From NCBI GenBank assembly GCA_041391505.1, contig JAWKNW010000004.1, positions 292,540 through 356,539 of the forward strand: 64,000 bases of DNA, written 5' to 3'. Origin of the DNA: Rhodothermales bacterium (lineage in GTDB: Bacteria; Bacteroidota; Rhodothermia; Rhodothermales; JAHQVL01). Under the pieces are notes generated by a model, which saw only the letters and a program-made list of their open reading frames with translations, had not been told where the DNA came from and did not search any database. Each line of letters starts with the position of its first letter. Within the stretch, counting starts at the first letter, position 1. Made by a program: the position numbers and the translations under genes. This document shows positions 56,715 to 64,000 of this stretch, piece by piece.

Positions 56715-57053
56715 TCGGGCAAATCGGCCGGATGTGCACGATTTCTTCTTGTTCCGTTGTTAAGGAGTGTCGACGGGATGAGTGCGTGCTTTTAAGGTTT
56801 TCGTGTGGGGATGGGGTTTTTATTGCATGAGATTGGCGTAATTCCTTTCCTGTGCCGTGTGCAGTCCGAGAAACCGGAAGCGCTTCTTGCCTGCCTCCTG
56901 CAAGTTTTTGCGGGACGTTTACTATTTTTGTCTGTATTCAACCAGACGATGCGGCGACCGCCGTTGACACCAACCGGTCCCCCCTCCGTGTTCGGACGGA
57001 TCGCGATCCGCTGAATACCAGGCCGCAAGGTCGAACATTCACCCAGAGGCTGT

Positions 57054-59891
57054 ATGAAATCTCTCTCTAGAATGGCCGGGATTTTCCTGGTCCTTTTCGG
57101 GCTGACCCTGCCCAGCAGTTATGCCCAGCAGACGGGTTCGGTAACGGGCGTGGTCACGGATGCCACGGATGGTCAGGCGCTGGGCGGCGCCAACGTCATT
57201 CTCACGCGGGCCGGCCAGGCAGGCCTTGCCGGCGGCGCCGCGGCCAATATCGACGGCATGTACCTCATTTCGAACGTCCAGCCCGGCACTTATACGGTGA
57301 CGGTCCGCTTCGTGGGTTATAACGAAGCCCAGTTTTCCGTGACGGTAGCGGCAGGCCAGACCGTGACGCTGAATGCGACGCTGTCGCAGGGCGGGCTCGA
57401 TCTGAACACCATCGTGATCACGGCATCGCGCCAGGCGGAAAAGGTGCTGGACGCGCCGGCTTCCATCTCGGTGCTCGATGCGCGCGAGATCGAGCAGGAG
57501 GTGGTGCCCTCCACCGTGTCCGTGCTCCGCAACGTGACGGGCGTCGACGTCGCCCAGACCGGCGTCGACCGCAACGAGGTTGTGCTGCGCGGCTTCAACA
57601 ACGCCTTTTCGGGATCGGCCTACGTGTTGACCGACTACCGGCAGGCGGCTGTTGCGTCGCTCGGGGTAAACCTGCACTCGATCATGCCGAACATGGGCAT
57701 CGACGTGGAGCGTATCGAGGTCGTGCGCGGGCCGGGCTCGGCCCTTTATGGCGCCGGCGTGGACGAAGGGGTAGTGCACTACATCACCAAAGATCCCTTC
57801 AGCTATCCGGGTACGACGATCTCGCTCTCGGGCGGCGAGCGCTCCATGCTGGGCGCGCAGTTCCGCCATGCCGGCGTGCTCGGCGGCAACCTGGGGTATA
57901 AGGTGACCGGCTATTACTCGCAGGCGAAAGATTGGGAATACGACCCCAACAATGCGCAGGACGCCTTCCAGCTCGGGCTGGATGCGGACGGGCTGGAACG
58001 CAACTACGATTTCAGCAAGCTGAATGTGAACGGCATGCTGCAGTACCGCGTGCAGGACAACCTCTCGCTGACGGTCAATGGCGGCTACTCGTCGCTTGAC
58101 GCCATCGTGCTTTCGGGCATCGGCACGCTCCAGTCGAAAGGGTTCGGATACACCTACGGCCAGTTCCGGCTACAGGCGGATCGGTTCTTCGCGCAGTTTT
58201 ATGTGAACAAGAACGACGCCGGCGACAGCTTCGTCTACGGAAACGGCGTGCCGGTCGTAGATAAAGGCGTGCAGTACAGCGCGCAGGCGCAGTACGACCT
58301 GAGCTTCGCCGACGACCGGTTCCGGCTCATCCTCGGCGGCGACCTCGAAATGACGCGCCCCGACACGGAGGGCACGATCCTCGGCCGCAACGACGCCAAC
58401 GACGATATCAACGAAGTGGGCGGCTATGCGCAGTCCACCATCGAGATGACGCCGAAGCTCGACCTCACCCTGGCGGTACGCGGCGACTGGAGCAACGTGT
58501 TCGATGAATTCCAGGTGTCGCCCCGCGCGGCCCTCGTCTACAAGGTGAACACGTCAAACACCGTGCGCGCGTCGTACAACAAATCGTTCTCCTCGCCGGG
58601 CGTCAACTCGCTGTTCCTCGACATCGTCGGCCAGGTGCAGCAGCTGGATGCCGACCGCCGGCTCATCGTGATGGGTCGCGGTTCAGGGCAAGGCTATACG
58701 TTCGACACGTTCCGCGCGACGAACTCGGCGCAGATGTTTCTGCCCGTGACCGGTTTCTTCGGCCAGAACTTCAATCTGCAGGGCATGCCGCTCATCCCGA
58801 TCTATGGTGCGGCGGCCGGCGGCGGCCTCGTGGCGGCGCTCCGTTCGGCGGCCCCGATTCCGGGCCTCGAAAGCCTCAACTCGGTGCAGCGCGGCCTCCT
58901 GGCCGACCTGCTGGGCTACACCGCGCTGAACGGCTTGCTCGGTCTCGGCGCCATCACGGATGCCACCCAGCTCGGCATTCCGGATGACAGCGAGCAGGGG
59001 TTCCGGGAAGTCAACGGACCGGTTGACATCGCCCCGTTGAAACAGACCACCACGCAGACCATCGAGGTCGGCTACAAGGGGCTCATCAACGGCAACATCC
59101 TGTTCGCCGTGGATGGCTACTGGGCGAACAAGAAGAACTTCACGGGTCCGCTGCTCGTCGAGTCGCCCTTCGTTTATCTGGATCGCGCGGGGCTCACCGG
59201 CGACGTAGGCGCCGCGCTCGGCGCGCTCTTCGCGACATCGACCGATGCGACGGTCCAGGCCCTGCTCGCCGGCCTGCAGCAGGCGCAGCTGCCGGCGGCC
59301 AACGTGGCCGGCATCCTCGGCGCGCTGGTGGGCGGCGCCCTGGAAGGCACGCCCATCGCCGCGATCCAGTCCGATCAGCAGGTGCTGCCCGATGCGCTCT
59401 CGCAGAACGCCGTGGGCGGCTTCGCCGCGTACCGCAACTTCGGCAACCTCGATTACTGGGGCGTTGACGCATCCCTCCAGATCCTGGCGACGGACGCGCT
59501 CACCCTCTTCGGCAACATCTCCATCGTCAGCGACGACTTCTTCGACAATACGGAGCTGGATGAGGAGAATGTCGATCTCGAACTGGCGCTCAACGCGCCG
59601 ACGTTCAAGGGCAAGTTCGGGGGCAGCTACCGGATGCCGTCCGGCCTCTCGCTCAATGCGTCCGGCCGCTATACGAAGGGCTTCCCGGTACGCTCCGGCA
59701 GCGACTATATCGGCAACGTGGAAGACTACTTCCTGCTCGACCTGGGCGCCGGCTTCGATTTCGGTCGCACCGTCCAGGGGCTGCGGGTGGATTTCACCAT
59801 CCAGAACCTGCTCGATAATGCGCACCGTGAATTCGTGGGCGCTCCCCTTATCGGCCGGATGGGCATCGCACGCCTGACGTACACCTTCTGA
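57054..59891 (+). CDS. TonB-dependent receptor with CarboxypepD_reg N-terminal domain (paralog 1)
   Basis: Signal peptide, then GSVTGVVTDATDGQALGGANV (carboxypeptidase-regulatory-like), plug (IVITASRQAEKVLDAPASISVL), and a beta-barrel ending ...RLTYTF. Confidence 0.85.
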   Translation: MKSLSRMAGIFLVLFGLTLPSSYAQQTGSVTGVVTDATDGQALGGANVILTRAGQAGLAGGAAANIDGMYLISNVQPGTYTVTVRFVGYNEAQFSVTVAAGQTVTLNATLSQGGLDLNTIVITASRQAEKVLDAPASISVLDAREIEQEVVPSTVSVLRNVTGVDVAQTGVDRNEVVLRGFNNAFSGSAYVLTDYRQAAVASLGVNLHSIMPNMGIDVERIEVVRGPGSALYGAGVDEGVVHYITKDPFSYPGTTISLSGGERSMLGAQFRHAGVLGGNLGYKVTGYYSQAKDWEYDPNNAQDAFQLGLDADGLERNYDFSKLNVNGMLQYRVQDNLSLTVNGGYSSLDAIVLSGIGTLQSKGFGYTYGQFRLQADRFFAQFYVNKNDAGDSFVYGNGVPVVDKGVQYSAQAQYDLSFADDRFRLILGGDLEMTRPDTEGTILGRNDANDDINEVGGYAQSTIEMTPKLDLTLAVRGDWSNVFDEFQVSPRAALVYKVNTSNTVRASYNKSFSSPGVNSLFLDIVGQVQQLDADRRLIVMGRGSGQGYTFDTFRATNSAQMFLPVTGFFGQNFNLQGMPLIPIYGAAAGGGLVAALRSAAPIPGLESLNSVQRGLLADLLGYTALNGLLGLGAITDATQLGIPDDSEQGFREVNGPVDIAPLKQTTTQTIEVGYKGLINGNILFAVDGYWANKKNFTGPLLVESPFVYLDRAGLTGDVGAALGALFATSTDATVQALLAGLQQAQLPAANVAGILGALVGGALEGTPIAAIQSDQQVLPDALSQNAVGGFAAYRNFGNLDYWGVDASLQILATDALTLFGNISIVSDDFFDNTELDEENVDLELALNAPTFKGKFGGSYRMPSGLSLNASGRYTKGFPVRSGSDYIGNVEDYFLLDLGAGFDFGRTVQGLRVDFTIQNLLDNAHREFVGAPLIGRMGIARLTYTF

Positions 59892-59992
59892 GACACGGTG
59901 CGTCACGGAAGATGGTTCACGGTTCGACGTTCCATGTTCAAGGAATAACCGGACATTGAACCTTCAACCATAAACCTTGAACCCAAAACAAG

Positions 59993-60029
59993 AGTCATCC
60001 CGGGCAATCCGGGATGACTTTTTGTTTTT
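59993..60029 (+). terminator. Rho-independent terminator of the first TonB-dependent receptor gene
   Basis: AGTCATCCCGG (59993-60003), loop GCAAT, CCGGGATGACT (60009-60019): perfect 11-bp stem followed by TTTTGTTTTT. Confidence 0.8.
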
Positions 60030-60114
60030 GTCGCCAATTCTCCGCGCGCGGCTTTATTCGAACAGACTTAATAAATACATTCGCCCAGGCTACTGGTCGA
60101 ATACCTGTTCCACT

Positions 60115-60240
60115 CGCCATTCTGAGGAGAGCTTGCGACGAAGCGTGCGCGCAGCATGGGCCGCAACCCGGATTTTGGTCCGATCGTTGCCGCTTGTGCT
60201 GATAGCGTCTCGTTTTTTTCCGGCGCTCCTCAGGATGGCG
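60115..60240. repeat. Long-range inverted repeat (CATYCTGAG-type termini) in the leader of the second TonB receptor
   Basis: CGCCATTCTGAGGAGAGC (60115-60132) pairs with GCGCTCCTCAGGATGGCG (60223-60240): 18 positions with one mismatch and one G-U. The termini resemble those of the 32586-32751 element (GTCATCCTGAGCCG). Confidence 0.55.
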
Positions 60241-60301
60241 CGGTGGCGACCGGTGCCGCTCTCGCTCTGAGCTCTCGTTGACCCCCAAAAAAGGGCCCCC
60301 C

Positions 60302-63238
60302 ATGGTTCTCCAACAGCGTCGGCCCGCGTCGGACGCCGGGCTGCCTGCCGTATCGTTTGCGCGATACGCGCTGCTCGCCGCTCTCTTTCTGCTTTTCGTC
60401 GGCACCGCTCGCGCCCAGGAGCTTAGCGCCGAACTGCGTGGTTTTGTCACCGACTCGTACGACGGCCTTCCGCTCGAAGGCGCCACCGTTGCCCTGACCG
60501 TCCGCTCGGCAACGACGCTGGTCGCCGGCGCCGTCACCGACCGTTCGGGCAACTACCGCATCACCGGGTTGCACCCGGGCCGCTACACGATCGTCATCCG
60601 CTACGTTGGCTACGAGGAACTGCGCCGGTCGATCGTACTGGAGCCCGGCCAGGCGCGGACGATGGATGTGCCGTTGCAGCAGACCAGCATCGATCTGAAT
60701 ACGGTAGTCGTTTCGGCATCGCGGCAGCAAGAACTTGCCCTCGAAACCGCCTCGTCGATCTCGGTGGTGGCCGATCGTGAAGTCCAGGCGGATGTCACCC
60801 CGTCCGCCGCCTCGCTGCTGCGGGATGTGGCCGGCGTCGATTACGCGCAGACCGGTCTGGATCGCCGCGAGGTGGCCCTGCGCGGTTTCAACAATTCCAT
60901 CATCGGCGAGACGTACGTCCTCACGGATCATCGCGCGTCTGCGGTGCCGGGGCTCGCGCTCAACGCGTACGGCTTGATGCCCATCGCCTCGCTGGACGTG
61001 GATCGCATCGAGGTCGTGCGGGGATCGGGGTCGACGCTATATGGCGCCGGCGTCGATCAGGGGCTCATCCACTTCGTCACCAAGGATCCGTTTGCCTATC
61101 AGGGAACGAGCTTCTCCACGGGCGGCGGCGGGCGCGGATTGATGGATCTCGAGTTTCGCCATGCCGACGCCGTGAGCCGGCGCTTTGCGTACAAAGTGGT
61201 CGGCGAATATGCGCGTGGAGAGGACTGGGAGCTGGATCCGGACGATGCGCTCGATCGGTCGCTGATCCTGGCGGAAGGCGGCGCCCTGCGCGATGCCGGC
61301 TACTGGAAGTACAACCTGAATGCCCAGGGCGAATACCGCTTTGCCGAGCGCGCTCGCCTGAGCGTCAATACCGGCTATCTCTCGCAGAAGATGGCCATGC
61401 TGACGGGCATCGGGGCGGCGCAGACGGATAATTTTGCCTACGGGTTTGCGCAGGTCCGGCTGAACGCCGGCCCGCTTTTCGCCCAGGTGTACCTCAACCA
61501 GAACAACAGCGGCGATTCGTACTACTACCGTCAGAACCTGCTCGAGGCGCCCGACAGCGCGCTGGCGATCGTCGATAAAACCCGGCTGGTCGGGGCGCAG
61601 ATCAACTACGATCTGAACTACTTCAACGGCCGCGGCCGGATGGTGGTCGGCAGCGACCTGCGGTGGACGCAGCCGCGGACGGAAGGCACCGTCTACGGCC
61701 GGTTCGAGAACGCCGACGACATCGGGGAGGCCGGCGTGTTCGCGCAATCGACGACGCGCGTATCGCCGGCGCTCGACCTGTTGCTCGCGGTCCGCGCCGA
61801 CTACAATACCATCGCCGAGCACGTCCAGTATTCCCCGCGCGCCGGCTTTGTCTACAAGATCTCACCGCAACAGACCTTCCGCCTGACGCTCAATCAGGCC
61901 TACAGCGCGCCCGGGCTGAATCCCTATTTTCTGGATCTCCAGATTCGCCAGTTCCCGACGGCGGCGCCTTTTAACCTGGCCTACCAGGCGCAGGGCGCCG
62001 TGCACGGCTTTACGTTCGACGACTACCGCGCCCACAACAGCGCGGCGTTTTTATTGCCCGACGAGGGCGATCTCGCGGGAGCTCCCGGCGTGTTCGGTCA
62101 GATGGTACCCGTCGATCGCGTGCCGCTGGTGCCGGTATACCAGGCGTTTTCGACCGGCCTCGCCGCCGCGCTGGCCGACGGGACGTCGCTGCCGGCGCCG
62201 TTGAATGCGATGACGGCGGACCAGCGCGCCCAGTTCGCCGCCCTGCTGGGTCAGCTCGCGCCGTTTGTGGATGGGTACACCGCCGGCCGGCTCGGGCTGC
62301 CGGACAACTCGACGGACGGCTTCCGGGCCGTCAGCGGCCCGGTGGATGTGGCGCCGCTCAAACAGTCGCTCACGCGTTCGGTGGAAGCCGGCTACAAAGG
62401 CGTCATTACCCCCCGCTTCATCCTTTCGGTGGACGCGTACCTGACACGGAAAGAGAATTTTGTCGGGCCGCTGCTGATCGAGTCGCCGATGGTCTATCTG
62501 ACCGAAGTCGACGCCGACCTCGCGCGAGCCCTGGAGGCGACGATCGCCGACATCGCCGAGGCGAATCCGGGCACGGCGTCGTTCCTGGACGGCCTGGGGC
62601 TGGATGCGGCGGAGGCGGCCGGCCTGCTGGGCCAGCTGGCGCGGGACGGATACGGCGATGTCGCCGGCTTCGGGGCCTCGCCGGTGGCGGTCGTTCAGCC
62701 GGACCAGGCCACGCTGCCGGACGGGAGCCCCGCGACCTCGGTCGGCGGCCTGCTCACCTACCGCAATTTCGGGCGCGTGGATCTCTGGGGGACGGATATC
62801 GACATCGACTGGCGGGCCACCGACCGGCTGCGGACCTTCGCCCACGCCTCCTTCCTGAGCGACAACTTTTTCGACTACCGGGAGCTCGGCGAGGACGACC
62901 CTGCCCTGGAAGTGCCGCTCAATGCGCCAAAGTTCAAGTTCGGCGCCGGCGCATCCTATGCCTTCCCCTTCGGCTTCTCGGCGCGCGCGGCCGTACGGCA
63001 TGTCGGCGGTTTCCCCGTGCGTACCGGGCCGTTCATCGGCGATATCGAGGCCTATACCGTTGTCGATCTCACGGCCGGCTTCGATTTCGGCCGTACCCTG
63101 CAGGGGCTGCGCCTCGACGCCACCATCCAGAATGCCCTGACCATCGTGGACGGGCAGCTCGTGGAAAGGCACCGCGAATTTGCCGGTGCGCCGCGCATCG
63201 GCCGGCTGGCGATGGCGCGGTTGGTCTATACCTTCTAG
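60302..63238 (+). CDS. TonB-dependent receptor with CarboxypepD_reg N-terminal domain (paralog 2)
   Basis: ATG at 60302 (MVLQQRRPAS..., signal ...FVGTARAQ). Same domain order as paralog 1. Ends ...RLVYTF. Confidence 0.85.
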   Translation: MVLQQRRPASDAGLPAVSFARYALLAALFLLFVGTARAQELSAELRGFVTDSYDGLPLEGATVALTVRSATTLVAGAVTDRSGNYRITGLHPGRYTIVIRYVGYEELRRSIVLEPGQARTMDVPLQQTSIDLNTVVVSASRQQELALETASSISVVADREVQADVTPSAASLLRDVAGVDYAQTGLDRREVALRGFNNSIIGETYVLTDHRASAVPGLALNAYGLMPIASLDVDRIEVVRGSGSTLYGAGVDQGLIHFVTKDPFAYQGTSFSTGGGGRGLMDLEFRHADAVSRRFAYKVVGEYARGEDWELDPDDALDRSLILAEGGALRDAGYWKYNLNAQGEYRFAERARLSVNTGYLSQKMAMLTGIGAAQTDNFAYGFAQVRLNAGPLFAQVYLNQNNSGDSYYYRQNLLEAPDSALAIVDKTRLVGAQINYDLNYFNGRGRMVVGSDLRWTQPRTEGTVYGRFENADDIGEAGVFAQSTTRVSPALDLLLAVRADYNTIAEHVQYSPRAGFVYKISPQQTFRLTLNQAYSAPGLNPYFLDLQIRQFPTAAPFNLAYQAQGAVHGFTFDDYRAHNSAAFLLPDEGDLAGAPGVFGQMVPVDRVPLVPVYQAFSTGLAAALADGTSLPAPLNAMTADQRAQFAALLGQLAPFVDGYTAGRLGLPDNSTDGFRAVSGPVDVAPLKQSLTRSVEAGYKGVITPRFILSVDAYLTRKENFVGPLLIESPMVYLTEVDADLARALEATIADIAEANPGTASFLDGLGLDAAEAAGLLGQLARDGYGDVAGFGASPVAVVQPDQATLPDGSPATSVGGLLTYRNFGRVDLWGTDIDIDWRATDRLRTFAHASFLSDNFFDYRELGEDDPALEVPLNAPKFKFGAGASYAFPFGFSARAAVRHVGGFPVRTGPFIGDIEAYTVVDLTAGFDFGRTLQGLRLDATIQNALTIVDGQLVERHREFAGAPRIGRLAMARLVYTF

Positions 63239-63263
63239 CCGGCGACAGGGTCGCCGGCTGTTT
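63237..63263 (+). terminator. Hairpin overlapping the receptor stop codon (terminator candidate)
   Basis: AGCCGGCGAC (63237-63246), loop AGG, GTCGCCGGCT (63250-63259), followed by GTTTC. Confidence 0.45.
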
Positions 63264-63289
63264 CAGGCATCAGGTTGCATGTCCCGTAG

Positions 63290-63460
63290 GTCGGGTTAGG
63301 TCCCTAACAGGGACCGTAACCCGACATGCACATCGATGGACCGTAACCCGACATGCACATCGATGGACCGTAACCCGACATGCACATCGATGGGCCGTAA
63401 CCCGACATGCACATCGATGGGCCGTAACCCGACATGCACATCGATGGACCGTAACCCGAC
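63290..63460. repeat. 27-bp tandem repeat array (5 full copies plus a partial) preceded by an inverted partial copy
   Basis: Unit GG(A/G)CCGTAACCCGACATGCACATCGAT at 63311, 63338, 63365, 63392 and 63419, plus a partial copy at 63446-63460. There are no spacers. GTCGGGTTAGGTCCCT (63290-63305) pairs with AGGGACCGTAACCCGAC (63309-63325), forming a hairpin with the first unit. Confidence 0.9.
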
Positions 63461-63478
63461 CTGCCGACGGTACCCCGC

Positions 63479-64000
63479 CTATCTCGTTACGAAAAATCCA
63501 ACCACCCCCGCCGGACCCGCGGGCAGGTTTTTTCCCGCGACCGGGATCCTCACCCCCAGTTCGATGACCCCGGCCCCTACGTCCCATCCCACACTCGGCA
63601 TCGTCTGAAGCATCTCCCGGCGAGCCGACGGGATCGTGAAACCCTGGATCCGCGGCGCATCGCCCTTCCATCCCTCCAGGATGACCTTCCAGACGAACCG
63701 GTCCCGGCGACCGCCGGCGGACAAAAAAGCAAACCATTCATCGCCCGGCTTCCGCGCGGCAGCCCGATTCAGCGCCCGCCACCGGCGGCCGGCCCAGCCG
63801 GCGAGGTAGAGCGATTTCGGGTACAGCGAATGGCCGATTTCCAGCATCAGCTCCCAGTCCCGCTGCCCCTCGCCGAGCGGGATGATTTCGGCGTCCACCG
63901 GGAAATGTCCTCCCGGCAGCTTCACGCCGCCGCGGAGCGCGATCGGCACGTTGCGGCCGGCAAGCTGGGGCGAGATGCGCAGGTAAAATCGCGGGTCGCC
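63479..64000 (-). CDS. Hypothetical protein, possibly an outer-membrane beta-barrel (5' end outside the window)
   Basis: The reading frame stays open from 63479 to the window edge (the track reports only the internal Met at 63949). Composition is beta-strand-like. The family call is very tentative. Confidence 0.35.
   Translation of the reverse strand, partial: GDPRFYLRISPQLAGRNVPIALRGGVKLPGGHFPVDAEIIPLGEGQRDWELMLEIGHSLYPKSLYLAGWAGRRWRALNRAAARKPGDEWFAFLSAGGRRDRFVWKVILEGWKGDAPRIQGFTIPSARREMLQTMPSVGWDVGAGVIELGVRIPVAGKNLPAGPAGVVGFFVTR

Noticed and set aside
56715-57053. Riboswitch or Bacteroidetes-type promoter upstream of the first TonB receptor
   Set aside because: A TAttTTTG -7-like box (56923-56930) is present. 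The nearest TTTG -33 element is only 12 nt upstream, which is the wrong spacing. I also could not recognise the conserved cores of cobalamin, TPP or other riboswitches. It is too weak to report as a feature.
63311-63460. 27-bp repeat array as a CRISPR array
   Set aside because: The repeats are directly adjacent with no spacers, and no cas genes are in the window. It is a plain tandem repeat.
63270-63737. ORFs translating the 27-bp array (minus 63270..63737; plus 63336..63608)
   Set aside because: The products are reiterated nonapeptides (RVTVHRCAC..., MDRNPTCTS...) that arise only because the period is divisible by 3. There is no start context or flanking domain. The minus ORF also overlaps the better-supported 63479..64000 gene in another frame.

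Overview
High-GC (roughly two-thirds G+C by eye) chromosomal window from a Gram-negative bacterium. The gene content is Bacteroidota/Rhodothermota-like: CarboxypepD_reg-type TonB receptors, many lipoproteins, a PF05635 four-helix-bundle gene. This taxonomic call is inference only. I call about 47 protein genes, one tRNA-Leu(CAA), several intrinsic terminators and several intergenic repeat or hairpin families. No transposase, integrase, CRISPR array or recognisable defence genes were seen. The most unusual part is 13.2-27.2 kb. An AraC-family regulator is followed by six co-directional, tightly spaced genes. They alternate between two paralogous families: three lipoprotein PQQ-type (Gcd-like) beta-propeller dehydrogenases, each carrying a CxxCH cytochrome c domain inside the propeller, and three secreted proteins that fuse a DUF1080 / 3-keto-disaccharide-hydrolase-like domain to an FG-GAP beta-propeller. 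A fourth PQQ-cytochrome c paralog sits at 35.7-37.9 kb next to a GH78-like glycosidase, an esterase and a small outer-membrane barrel. A conserved ~64-bp promoter/operator-like module has two AAAAAT-type direct repeats spaced 21 bp and a -10-like hexamer at fixed distance. It occurs upstream of the PQQ/FG-GAP operon and also, 14 kb away, upstream of an operon with an SDR, a methylmalonate-semialdehyde-type dehydrogenase, two TAT-exported xylose-isomerase-like TIM-barrel paralogs, a UPF0261 protein, a cyclase-family protein and a three-subunit molybdenum hydroxylase. I interpret this as a candidate periplasmic oxidative carbohydrate/glycoside-processing regulon. That is inference; novelty and function cannot be verified from sequence alone. 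The rest of the window holds transport genes (NhaC, Na/Pi cotransporter plus porin, NupG-like MFS, two tandem TonB-dependent receptors). It also holds housekeeping genes (purB, recO, lexA, comEA, an M20 dipeptidase, an ECF sigma factor), a GAF/PAS sensor with a cysteine-less LOV-like domain, and a 27-bp tandem repeat array.
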